64,000 bases of DNA, from positions 51,232,048 through 51,296,047 of the forward strand of contig NC_083409.1 of assembly GCF_020745735.1 (NCBI RefSeq). Reading direction: 5' to 3'. Origin of the DNA: Hemiscyllium ocellatum (taxonomy: Eukaryota). Below, in pieces: positions 1-11,460 of this stretch. The notes below the pieces were generated by a model. It saw nothing but the letters and a program-made list of their open reading frames with translations, was not told the DNA's origin and made no database searches. Position 1 is the first letter of the stretch, and each line of letters begins with the position of its first letter. A program made the position numbers and the translations under genes.

Positions 1-29
1 TTGTTCTTTAGTGTTGCTGAGCCAAATGC

Positions 30-168
30 TAGCACTCCCTCCATGATAACATTGTGGGTGTGGGTATAGTTACACCACATAGAGGGCAGCCATTCAGCAA
101 ACCAGTATCGCCTCAAGGGCAACTAGTGATGGGCAATTAATTATGGTCCAGCCAGCAATGGCCAGTCA
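30..168 (+). mobile_element. L2/CR1-group LINE 3' tail
   Basis: ctcaagggcaactagtgatgggcaat...ccagccagcaatggcc is the same tail seen at 53560-53860 and in the tRNA-SINE family. Confidence 0.65.
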
Positions 169-169
169 T

Positions 170-305
170 TGGGTGATTATTTGGATAGCAATGGTGTTCA
201 GGAATATGGGAAAAAAAGTAGGAGATTGGCACTAAGCAATAGAACTGGTGCAGGGACAATGGACCGAAGGGCCTCCCCTGCACCATAAAAATTCTGTGAT
301 TCCAT
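170..305 (+). mobile_element. CR1 LINE 3' end fragment
   Basis: Ends in ggaccgaagggcctcccctgcaccataaaaattctgtgattc, a CR1-type terminal stem-loop plus tail. Confidence 0.6.
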
Positions 306-1059
306 GGCTGAAGAAAAAGTTCTCCAAGTCTCTCATGGAGACTCCAGGAATTAAATTTTAATCTTCTGGACAGTACATGCAGCTACTTCAGAAAAATGTC
401 AGAGGGGCATTAACTTGCTGTTTTCCAATTGCTTGAACAGTTAAATTTGTTACAATTTTATTGAAATCGAGGAATTGAACAAGAACATTTAAACAGTCAA
501 GGATCTTAAACTGAGTGAACAACTGATCTGGGAAGAAAATGTTCCTTTTGGCTGGGAGTCTTGGGTGACAGTGCCAAAAAGTCTCAATCTATTTAAATCA
601 CTTGTGTATTTTAACTCTAGATTTTTGATGAGATGACTTTTAAATTTAAATATGCATCACAGAAATGATGTGAAGATGGATGGTATTTTAACATGAATGA
701 GTATGCACATTGGGTGCGGGTAGGTGGTTTAAATTTAGTGAAAATGTTTTCACGTTCAGATATCTGGATTAAACTCAGCCACTTTTAGCTTTGTGCATGT
801 AAAGCTTTCCAGGGATAAGTATTAGACAATTGAATATTTAAATCAGTGCATTTCAAGATTTATCTGGCATTTAAACATGTTTCCTGTGCTTCTTGAAACT
901 CTGTTGAAACCAGTGAAAGAATAGAACTCACAGGACTCGTTAAAAGTCAAGGGAACACCGCAATATGATCAATTTGAGTGCACCCCCTCAACCCAGGTCC
1001 TGTTATGAAATGGGTTGCTTTCAGCAGAGCCAACCAGTTTTTAACTACTCATCGTTTGT

Positions 1060-1340
1060 ATTACAATCTATCCAGCTTCACTTCTTTCACGGCTTACTAT
1101 CAACAGTGACTTTGTATGCCTACACTTTTACTCTTTCTCTCTCTCTGGGCTGCATCTCCACCTATCTGCTTGGTCCTTCTCCCCCCACCTTCCTTCACCC
1201 TAACTGCTTCCAATTCTGAAGAGGGGTCATTGAACTCTGAATGTTAACTCTGTTTTCACAGATGTTGCCAGATCTGCTGAGTGCAATTTTTATTTTGGTT
1301 TGTTACAAATCTTTACATCTGCAGTTTTTTGTTTTATTTT
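1060..1340 (+). mobile_element. Penelope-like terminal repeat with decayed hammerhead core
   Basis: A CT-rich tract is followed by CTGAAGAGGGGTCATTGAACTC (from 1216) and ...cacagatgttgccagatctgctgag...catctgcagttttttgtttt. Similar to 13322-13534 and 47155-47272. Confidence 0.6.
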
Positions 1341-1916
1341 AATTAAAAGTTCATGGTGTAGGAGTTAGCATATTGATATGAATAGAAGTTTAACTAGCAG
1401 TGAGAAAAGAATGGACATAAATAGGCCTTTTTTCTGGTTGGCAATAATTAGCAAATTGTGTTCCACAAAGATCTGTGCTAGGGCCTGAACTATTTATGTT
1501 TTTTTATAAATGGTTTTGGTGAGACAAAAGGTATGGTTGCCAAATTTGTGAATAACACAAAGCAAGTTGGAAAATAGGTTGTGAAGAGAAAATATGGAAG
1601 CCCAAAAAGGATTTAGATAGCTTAAGTTAGTGGGCTTATCTGTCAATTGGAACACAATGTGGGAAAGTGTGAAATTGTTCATTTGGAAGAAAGAGTCAAA
1701 AAAGATGAGAGATTGCAGAACTCGGAGATCCAGAGAAATATGGATGAATTGCAAAATATTGGAATGCAGGCACAACAAGTAGAATAACAACAATAAGAAT
1801 TATAGAATTTTACAATTTATCTCAAGCGGAATTTAATGCAAAAGTAAGGATGTTATGCTTCATTATACATGGCACTAGTGAGTACTGGAGGTTACATCTG
1901 GCATACTCTGTACAAT

Positions 1917-2033
1917 GGAGAAAGTGAGGAGATCAGAGCTGAAAATGTGTTGCTGGAAAAGCGCAGCAGGTCAGGCAGCATCCAAGGAGCAGGAGAGTCG
2001 ATGTTTCGGGCATGAGCCCTTTTTCAGGAATTG
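1917..2033 (-). mobile_element. Short Penelope-derived insert with 13-bp TSD and hammerhead-like core
   Basis: The TSD tactctgtacaat lies at 1904-1916 and 2034-2046. The minus strand reads CCTGAAAAAGGGCTCATGCCCGAAACATCGA. Confidence 0.8.
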
Positions 2034-2159
2034 TACTCTGTACAATATCAGACACTTTATTTAAGGCATGATATAAAAGCATTGAAAATAGTTCAGAGAA
2101 GGTTTATCAGACTAATAAGGAATGGGCAGGTTGATTTATAAGGAAAGGTTGGATAGGCA

Positions 2160-2497
2160 TTTAAAAAATTAATTCACAGGATGAGGGCATCACTGATTGG
2201 ACCAGCATTTATTGCCCAAGTCTTATTATCGGGAGGGCAGTCAGAGTCAGCCACATTGCTGTGGGTCTGGAGTCATATGCAGGCCAGACTAGGTAAGCAT
2301 GGCAGTTTCCTTCTCTAAATGACATGAGTGAGCTAGATGGGTTTTCTTGACGATTGACGATGGTTTCATGGTCTTCATTAGACTCTTAGTTCCAGATTTT
2401 ATTGAATTCAAATTTCACCATTTATCATGGCTGGATTTGAACCTGTGTCCCCAGGACATCACGTGGAGTCTCTGGCTTAACAAGCCATTACTTCACC
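2160..2497 (-). mobile_element. tRNA-derived SINE with L2/CR1-group LINE tail
   Basis: B box GGTTCAAATCC on the minus strand (2433-2443). The tail GGGCAATAAATGCTGG...ATGCCCTCATCC is shared with LINE fragments. Three further copies in the window. Confidence 0.8.
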
Positions 2498-2944
2498 TGC
2501 AGGGATTATATTAACTGGAGTTTAAATGAGTAGGAGGTGACTGGATTGAAATATATAAGATCCTCAGGTGTTCACAAGGTAAAAACAGAGAGAATGTTAC
2601 CTCTTATGGAAGGATTTATAACTAACGATTGGTGTTTAAAAAGATGAGGTCTCCCAGTGAAAACAGAGATGAGGTAAAGTCTTTCCTCACAAGAGGGTCG
2701 TGAGTCTTTGGAACTTTCTTCCCAAAAAAGCAGTGGAAGCAGAGTCCTTGAATATCTTTAAGGCGGGCTAAATAGATTCTTGGCAAAGAAGGGTTAAAAG
2801 TAAGAATGAGGGTTTACAACCCGATCATCCATTATATTATTGAATAGAACAGCAGTCTTGAGTAATCAAATGGTCACCTTCTGTTTCCTGTTCACATGTT
2901 TGGAACCAATGTTTTGTGAAATGACTTGCTTTGATTCAGTAAAT

Positions 2945-3130
2945 GATTAAGTTCTGAAATGCACCATCTGAGAATGAGGCAAGTTCACTTAAGAGGGAAT
3001 TGGATTGTTACCAAAAGAAAAGGAACAATGTGCTGTGCTTTGGGAGAAGCCAAGTGATTGGCACTATGTATTCTTATAGTGAACCTGAGGTCAAATGATC
3101 TCCTCTGTACTGTAACCATGCCCTGATTCT
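2945..3130 (+). mobile_element. CR1 3' end fragment, old
   Basis: Terminal motif ggtcaaatgatctcctctgtactgtaacc. Confidence 0.5.
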
Positions 3131-4257
3131 CTAGGACAATTTAGTGTGGATTGGATACCAAATGTTGGAACTTCCTGGTCAGTGTGGTTCTGTGGTCATT
3201 ACTTTATCTCATTGCTGCTGGGGATGCCCAAATATTTCCACTTACACAATGGCCATGAATCTGTTACTTGGGTGAGTTATTTTATACACATGCAATACAT
3301 ATAGATACACCATTGTATCACAAGTAAAGGTGAAAAGTCTGTTTATATCTAAGTTACCTAAGCTACATTGAGTTAAACAAAAAAACAGATCAGGTGTCCT
3401 CTCAAACCCTTTCTTTTATTTTGTTGAAAGGCTCTGTGAAAATGTTCTTACTAATTAGAAATCTAAGATGCTTCCTTTGTTTAATTCTCCTGCTCATTCA
3501 TAGCTTTTTGTCAGTGAGGAGAGAGTAACTAGGAAGTAAATATAAGTAAACACTTGATCAAACTCATAGCTATAAATGAAGTGTAAATTTACCTCTCAAA
3601 AGTTGATAAATACCATACAAAGTTACAGAACACCTAATTTCTTTCCTACATTGCAAGTAACTGAGCTCGAACATTAGACAATTTTTTTTTGCTTCTATAA
3701 TGCTTTAAGGTTGGTTGCCAGATACAAGGTGATAATCTGTCAATAGCATGTTTGTGTTTACAATTCTTTGGTGCAGAAAGCAATCAAGATTTTATTTCTG
3801 GAGATCTGACAAGTGTAGGCTGGGAACATTCCCATTGCAAAACAATTTCCTGTTTAAGTTCTAAACTCCAGCTTAAGACATAATAATATTTGTAAACAGT
3901 ATGCAAAGACTAATCTTTGCCAAGGCCTCCTTTCAAAATATTTCTGTAAGCCAACAGGGAATGTTTATGAATTTTTTTAGGAGTGTGACTGAACTTTCAT
4001 CACACTTTGTTTCCTTTCATCTCTGATGCTTCCTATGTCACGCCTTTCATGGACACAGTAGAGACTTTATGACAATAATGTACGGGAAAAAGAAGCTCCC
4101 ACTGGTCTAGCCAGCCTGTGCTATGTGTCTTTGATAGACAGATGGACAAACTGAAGACTTAGGAGTTGATTTGCAACATGATACTCTGGCATAAAATTAG
4201 CAGGGCAGAACAGTAGCCTGTTCTGCAAATCACCAAATTTTCATGTCCAATAATTTT

Positions 4258-4705
4258 ATAAGAACCTGAACATAAGAACATAAGAAATAGGAACAGGAGT
4301 AGATCTTCTGGCCTTTCAAGTCCACTCTGCAATTCATAAGATGAAGTTGCTCCTTTCTTTGCCACAGCTTCATTTCATAACCCTTGTTCTTTTAGTGTTC
4401 TAAAAATCATCTACCTTAGCTTAAAAGCATTCAGTGAGGAAGCCTCAATCACTCTACAGATTCATAACTCTTTGGGTGAAAAAGTTCCTTCTCGGTTCTG
4501 AATTTGCTCCCACTAATTTTGTGGCCATGTCCTCTTGTCCTAGTTCACCTGCCAGTGGAAACATCCTCTCTTCTTCTATCTTATCTCTTCCCTTCATAAT
4601 TTTATATGTCTCTATAAGATCCCTCATCATTCTTTTAAATTCCAATGAATATAATCCCAGTCTACTCAGTGTCTCCTCATAAGAATACAGATTCAAGATT
4701 TTCTC
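4258..4705 (-). mobile_element. CR1 LINE 3' end
   Basis: ORF 4454-4714(-) YEETLSRLGLYSLEFKRMMRDLIETYKIMKG...RRNFFTQRVMNL is a CR1 ORF2 C-terminus. Tail repeat aacataag. Confidence 0.9.
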
Positions 4706-5379
4706 AGTGGGCAAGTTGGAAATGTATTCCTGACCTCTAACATCTACTCAATGAAATTTTAACTGACAGCTCTAAACAGTGTATATGAGACATTCCAACA
4801 TAATGCTGAGCCAAAGTGGGCTACAATACATTTAACACTCTGGTTCATACCTGCAAATTTCATTCTCTCTCACACTGACTCACTGTGATGCTGCACTGCC
4901 ATAATAATGACAGGATAGGCTAAGCAATCAACCTATTTGGCCACATTACAACAATATTTTCCATGACCATCAAGTCTTGCAGTGGGACTCAAACACTGAG
5001 ATTCTGACCATAATAATTCACTTAATGACTAGAAATATAGGGAAGGTAAATTTTTTTTGGTCACGATGCAATAACAACATTGTAATTAGAATTTCTTCGG
5101 ATTATCATTTCTTTGAGATCTGAAAAGATAGAACATTGTTAGAAGTTGTGATTGTAAAGATACCAACCAATTTCATCCAATGTTGTTGACAGAAATTATT
5201 TGATCCCACACTATTAAAGCACTCAAAGGGTTCCTATGATAGTCACAAATCCTCTCCTATGTGACTATGGTACATGGTACACCATCTAATTTTGTTCTTT
5301 GCAATCAGTTGCAATCATTGACCAGTTAAACAGATAAACCACACTGTTTTCCACTGATGTGTGTCTTCTCTTTTATGGT

Positions 5380-8022
5380 TTTGACACCAAACTTTACCCC
5401 CTGAAGTAAACTCTCTCTGTTGCTTAGAGGCATCTTGTATCTGGCATTGGCATTCCTAATGCTGTTCCACCCTCACCCCACTCAGGTCCAGGAAGTTCAG
5501 ATTTAACCTGGTACGGAGTCCTCTCCCAATTAGCAACTCTGCTGGAGCTATTCCTGTCGTTGCATGAGGAGTGGTCTGATAATCCAAAAAGAACTGGGAC
5601 AGCTTTGTATCAAGTGAAACTGTAGCTATTTCTTTAAGACTGGACAGTTCTTTCTGCCACACCATTGGACAATGGATGGTATGGAGCTGTCCTTTTATGC
5701 AGAATGCCATTCAACCTTATGACGTACTAGAATTCTCTGCTGGTAAATGAAGGTGAGCTGAATGTGACCAACACTTCCAGTAGCCTGTGTATTGCAAATG
5801 GTGCTCACAGCTTTTCTATTGCCATCCCCTTGTTTGATGAATGATCTCTGTGAATGTCCAACCACTTTAGGTTGGTGTCCACAATAACGAATGTTGGACT
5901 TATTTAAAGATCCGACATTGTCAATGTGTAACCAAGACCCAGCCATTCCCACAAATGTAGGGGGGCTGCTGGCAGTTTTGCCAGGACCAGATCCTTTTGT
6001 GTTTACAGTCTGACATTGTCAATGGGGACTGGAATAGTGTCCAGAAAGTTTAAAATCAGAAAGGATTCTTGCAGAGGCAGCGGTGTATCTGCCAGTGGGA
6101 AGTGATTCAAGGCATCTGCATTTGCTACTTTGCTACCTGGATGTCATTCCAACTTGTAATTGTATGCACTTAGAATGAGAGTCCACTCTGAATTTGGCTT
6201 GAATCTATGGGCAGCACAGCATTGTCTTCTGAGGAGCCCTGGTGGAGTATAACAGTTACAAATTTACTTTTGTAAAGTTATTGGTGGAACTTTCTCACAC
6301 CAAGGATGACCACCAAACCTGCCTTTTATAAATGGGTATATTTGCAATCTGTGTCAGCCAAAGTCTAGGAAGCTTACATTATTGGGTGCTCCACTCTATT
6401 GGGTCATCTGTGAATCAACACTACCCCCAATACCATACAGGGAGGTATTATGTGTCAGCACCAAATCTCACTTAGGATCACAGTGTGCCAAAACCTGAGG
6501 TGATGATACCCACTTCTTCATTTCCCTAGAGGCTACGCTTTGGCTACCAGACCATTTCCAAGGCTGCCCCTTTTTCATTAGCTGAGGTAAGCATGCCAGG
6601 ATGGAGGCCAGATAATATATGAACTTTCCATAACAATTGACCAATCAAAGGGAAGACCTAAGGTCTGGTAGAAATGTTGGAGCCGGTGCACTCTCACTTT
6701 GTCTTCCATCCAGGTGTACCTTGATCTTGTCGCATCTGTAGCCCAAGTAAGCCACTTGGGGTGCCAGGGACACACATTTTTCCCATTTAAGGTGTATGCC
6801 CACCTTGAAATAACATCATAGATGATGTCAAAATTTTCTAAATGTTCTTTATTGGTCTTTCCTGTTATTAGCACATCATTAATTAAATGGTGACCTGGGG
6901 TAGACTTGTTCTCATTATCCACTGAAAAATGGCACAGGCTGATGATACCCCAAATGGCAGTGTCATGCATTGGTACTATCTCTCATGAGGTTAATTGTAG
7001 CATACTTCTGGGAATCTATATCTAAGTGCACTTGCAGATACGAGATTGGAACTGAGATTATACCGTCAATCTGTAAAGGTTTCCTGGTATAGGTTCTCAG
7101 TTTAGAGTAGTCTTATGCAAACGTAAGGATTGGAGTCCAGTGTGAATTTTGTTAAAGACTTGTTCTGCAAACACTGATACAACTGCATCGGTATCAACAT
7201 CCATTAGAATTGGGTGAACCATTTAACCAGACATTTATTTTGATTGGTTCCGGTTTTGATGTTGCTTATTGATTTAACTGTTCCAAGCCTGGTGTAGATA
7301 GGCTTTCCAGGGAATGCACTCTACTGGATAGTGACCGAGGAGTTCTCTTACTCAATTCAAGCTTAGTGGGACCCTTTTGCTGTTTTTGAATCCGAATACC
7401 TAGAGCAACTATGATGGCCTGCTGGCCTGGATCCTGAAGAAAATGTTAACTGTTTGGCCAAAGCTTGGCTTTGGGGTTTTGCTGTGGGTTAACGTAGAGT
7501 CTTTTTGTTCATAATATGTCCTGAGTGAGGCTATACAATTTCCTTTATTCAAGTGGTGTCCCCACGCTCAGTCAGTCCAATGAGGGTGTCCACTTCCATT
7601 GGCATACCCTGTAATGCATATGATCTACTATGATAAAGACAGTTGTAGTGCCTGCTTGAAATTAAGTTCAGCTTCAACTAGTAGGTGCTTTGTATGGTTA
7701 TATCATTAATCCCATTACCAAACCATCTCTCAGCATTTCATTAAGGGTTAAATTAAAGTCACATGCCTCTGCTAGTTGTCTTAATCTCATCAAAATCCCA
7801 ATATTGATTCCCCTGGTTCTTGAATTGCCAGTAAAACCAACTGTATCTTAGAATTAGGCTTGGGGTCATAACATTCCTTAACGAAATCTGTCAACTCTTG
7901 AATGGCTTTAGTATTTGCCTCAGAAAATGTTAGGTTCCTAATAACCGAGGAAAGTATGGGTCCACAAGCTGTCAGGAGAATTATTTGCTGCTTTCATCCA
8001 TGCCAATATCTTTTGTCCAGAA
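5380..8022 (-). mobile_element. Degenerate Ty3/Gypsy LTR retrotransposon internal region (gag-PR-RT-RH-IN)
   Basis: Minus-strand remnants: gag (ILLTACGP; RLRQLAEACDF), protease-like (MDVDTDAVVSV, ~7170-7205), RT (INDVLITGKTNKEHLENF) and integrase C-terminus (LSQFFLDYQTTPHATTGIAPAELLIGRGLRTRLNL). Many frameshifts and stops. Confidence 0.85.
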
Positions 8023-8029
8023 AGGTTGT

Positions 8030-8448
8030 GTATGGTGACCAACTCAACACAGACATCTTCCACAAACCCATGGACTCCCACAGCTACCTGGACTACATCT
8101 CCTCCTACCCTGCCTCCTGTAAAAACACTATCCCTTATTCCCAATTCCTCCATCTCTGCCGTGTCTGCTCCCAGGAGGATCTGTTCCACCACAGAATACA
8201 CCAGATGGCCTCCTTCTTCAAAGACGGCAATTTCACCTCCCACGTGGTTGATTACGCCCTCCAGCATATCTCATCGACTTCCTGCACTACCGCCCTTGAA
8301 CCCCACCCCTCCAACCGCAACAAGGACAGAACACCACTGGTCTTCACCTTCCACCCCACTAACCTTAGGATACATTGCAACATCCTCTGCCATTTCTGCC
8401 ACCTATAAATAGACCCCACCATCAAGGACATATTTCCCTCCCCAACCC
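8030..8448 (+). mobile_element. Penelope-like element RT C-terminal/thumb fragment
   Basis: TDIFHKPMDSHSYLDYISSYPASCKNTIPYSQFLHLCRVCS...RTPLVFTFHP matches the PLE motif D.Y.KPTD...YL...S.HP..CK..IPYSQ.LR..RICS. Confidence 0.88.
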
Positions 8449-9025
8449 CAGGAGCTTGACACTCTCCACTCGTTCCACCTCTGTGCTGTTAATGTGTAGT
8501 GGGGCATGAATAAAATCCTGCTGAAAGTCAATAATGAGTTCCTTGGTTTTGCCAGCATTGAGAGCTGGGTTGTTCTCAGTGCACCATTTTTCCAAATCTT
8601 CCACCTCCCGTCTGTAGTCTGTTTCGTTGCCATCAGAGATTTGACCGACTATGGTGGCGTCATCAGCGAACCTCTAAATGGCATTTGTTTGGTATTTGGT
8701 GATGCAGTCATGGGTATACAGTGAGTACAGTAGGGGGTTGAGTATGCACCTCGGGGGGCTCCAGTGTTGAGTGTTAGTGAGGATGAAATATTGTCCCAAA
8801 TCTTCACTGATTGTGGCCTGTGGGTCAGGGAACAGGGGATCCACTTGCAGAGAGTGGGGCTTAGGCCAAGATCACTAAGTTAAATAATCAGTTTTGAGGG
8901 GATAATAGTGTTGATGGCTAAACTGTAGTCAATGAGTAGGATTCTTACGTAGCTGTTCTTGGTATCAAGGTGTTCTAGGGAGGAGTGAAGGGCAAGTGAT
9001 ATGGGATCTAATGTGGATCTATTGG
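8449..9025 (-). mobile_element. Rex1/Babar-type non-LTR retrotransposon RT fragment
   Basis: Minus strand [28 protein letters not shown]...LYSLYTHDC...FADDATIVG...EDLEKWCTENNPALNAGKTKELIIDF...VERVESVKLLG. Confidence 0.85.
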
Positions 9026-9027
9026 TC

Positions 9028-9160
9028 CCTTCATGTCTCATCCTAACATAGGCCTCCATCTTCCTCTGGACAAGAGATTCAATTTCTTTACTAAATCACA
9101 GTTCCCTTGCTCGACTACTTCCTCCCTGCCTGACAGGTACTAACTTAGCAAAGACACGCA
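9028..9160 (-). mobile_element. CR1 ORF2 internal fragment
   Basis: Minus strand [35 protein letters not shown] resembles the CR1 EN-RT linker. Confidence 0.6.
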
Positions 9161-9210
9161 GTGTTGTGAATGAATTTCTTCAGAAGTATATTTTCTTTCT
9201 CTCATTACCA

Positions 9211-9444
9211 TAAAATAACTCCAGAGAGGCTGGTATCCCGTCACCAAGTTGCCTTTTATTTACACATGCATAGTAATTGGCACTGGTCCAGCTTCCTCAA
9301 AGCCAACCCTCAGAATGAACAGAACCTCTGATATTCCTGTTTATATCTGTCAGCCAGGGCTTCCTAATTGGACTGTTAACAGCCTCACTTGGGGACCTCA
9401 TATTCTATGGAGTCCACCTGGCTGACCTCATTATTATTACCACA
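9211..9444 (-). mobile_element. Candidate 5' LTR of the minus-strand Gypsy element
   Basis: The minus strand starts TGTGG, contains TATAAA and AATAAA, and is followed immediately by a TGG-starting PBS-like sequence. Orientation matches the gag region at about 8022. Confidence 0.45.
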
Positions 9445-10689
9445 CCTTCTGTTTTTATCTTAGATGTGCAGCATCCTCAATATTTAGCTTATGTTTGGGA
9501 CATTGATTGCTTATCAATTTTGATAGTCCAATAGAACAGTCATTCATTGTGTTGGATTATTGAAGTTGCACTGTATTTAGGTTGCTTTTTGAGTATACAT
9601 CTTTTGAATCCAAGGAAGTTCATATATTTTGTTACAACTACAATGAGAAAGGGAATATTAATGTAAATATCAAGACATGTAGTCCGTATACACAGCACAG
9701 GAAAAAGATAGACTAAATACAAACACTATAAAGGAGATCAGTTTTCTAATGATTTTACTAATGCACTGAAAGCAGTGGGGTTTTGTGCGCTTTTCTGTGA
9801 CCGATAACAATGTCCATGCAGTTGGCTATATATTGGCAAATATATAGAACGTTTCTCCCACCTCCAAAATGCAGACAAGGAGCCAGGAGACAAGAGAAAA
9901 AAGTAACACAGATTAAAAAAAGGTGAAGTTGATTTGAAGCAACGCAATTTTCTAATGTGTCAGATTAGAAAAAGTCAAAATGGAAGGAGGGAAGGAGTAA
10001 GTAACAATGGAGTAAAGTGACTCAAAAATAACCATAGGTAAGAATGCTACTATACACACGTTGTATTTTATGACTTTCTAACAGTAGTTAAAACTGATTT
10101 TGACAGTAATACAACTATTCCTGATGATTCAATGATTTCCAATTGGAACATGTGTGGACCTGTGTGTTATGTGACATGAACACTTTCTGACTGCAGGTTT
10201 ATCTTCACTAGCATGAACACATGGGTTGGGGTTAGAGAAAGGGAAAGGGAAGTATTTTGCAGAATTCTTTCCTGATTTATTGCAATATATAATGAGACAC
10301 AGCATATTTTTCCATCTGTTTAGAATATACATTGGGTGGTAAAAGAGAAGCTCTATTTTAAGATGAAGCTTTTAAATGGACTGTTCCTTTTTAAAATAAT
10401 TTTGAAAATGTTCATTCTTCCAGTATTTTTTCCTGTTTTAATTTTTTAACACTTTATTATTATTGTATTTGATTTATTTTGAGTTTCTTTTCTAATATCA
10501 TGACAATCCCAGAAAATAAATTTACCACAATGCAGTTGGAGGGTCCAAAGGCTTGGAAGGTTTGTAAAAGGACAAATAAATGCTTGGTAGTTTACAACTT
10601 CAGTATTGCTCAAAATACACATTTTGTCAAAGTTTTTAGTCTCGCACAAATTTGGACAATTCACAGGAATACATTCAGGAGAAAATCAA

Positions 10690-11080
10690 ATTTATACTTC
10701 ATGAGAGAAGACTACTGATTCATTGGAAAGTGGATGTGCCTCTGATTGGTAGAGGCAATGGCATGGAGAATGTGATTATTCATGCTGATTGACAGTTAAC
10801 AGCCAGGTTTTGTTATATTTTAAAACAGGCAACTTGCCTCTAATTAGTGAGGACATTGCCCTGAGAAATGAACAAGCAAATAGTTGTCACCCATTTTATT
10901 GAGTTGAAGCAGGTGTACTGCTTGTACGTATTCTTTCTGCCTGCCACAAATAGGCCCTTTGTGTTATTATATGCAGCTTCCAGGACACACAAGTGCATCA
11001 CATTGAGAGCCTGAATGACAATCCTAAATTGCTTGTTACTATAATTCCTTGCACATTCAGGATTATCCAACAAAAATTGT
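10690..11080 (-). mobile_element. Penelope-like element, GIY-YIG endonuclease C-terminus and 3' region
   Basis: ORF 10840-11073(-) LDNPECARNYSNKQFRIVIQALNVMHLCVLEAAY resembles the PLE endonuclease end (HL..N..C...Y....F.I......L..LEA.YI). Confidence 0.7.
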
Positions 11081-11125
11081 GTTAAAAGTTTTTCATAAGT
11101 GGGCTAGTGGAGTACATTCTTTTTT

Positions 11126-11460
11126 AAATATTCATTCATGGGATAAGGGCACTGCTGACAAGGCCAGCATTTACTGTCCATCCCAAAAATCAAACACAGT
11201 GCTGCGGATCTGGAGGCACTAGAATTCCAGACAAGTTAAAGATGGCAGTTTCCATCCTTAAAGGACATTATTGAGCTAGATGTTTTTATCCCTAACAATC
11301 AATTCATAGTCATCATTAGACTCTCAATACCAGATTTTAAACATTTATTGAATTCAAATTCTACCATCTGCGTTGGCGGGTTTCAAATCCAGGTCCTTGG
11401 AACTCTACCTGGGTGTCTGAATCAACAGTTCAGTGATAACACCACCAGGCCAACACCTCC
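11126..11460 (-). mobile_element. tRNA-derived SINE (same family as 2160-2497)
   Basis: Minus-strand head GGAGGTGTTGGCCTGGTGG (A box), a decayed B box, and the shared LINE tail. Confidence 0.8.

Larger units (their letters stand above)
1345..2900 (+). mobile_element. Degenerate CR1 LINE (RT C-terminus to 3' end) carrying two nested insertions
   Basis: Decayed CR1 RT signatures (gtgttccacaaagatctgtgctagggcc, GVPQGSVLGP-like; gttcagagaaggtttatcagact; gagggtcgtgagtctttggaac). Interrupted at 1917-2033 and 2160-2497. Confidence 0.8.

Noticed and set aside
7902-8412. 168-aa and 128-aa ORFs as host genes
   Set aside because: They are a chimera of antisense Gypsy gag and a Penelope RT fragment, plus its alternative frame.
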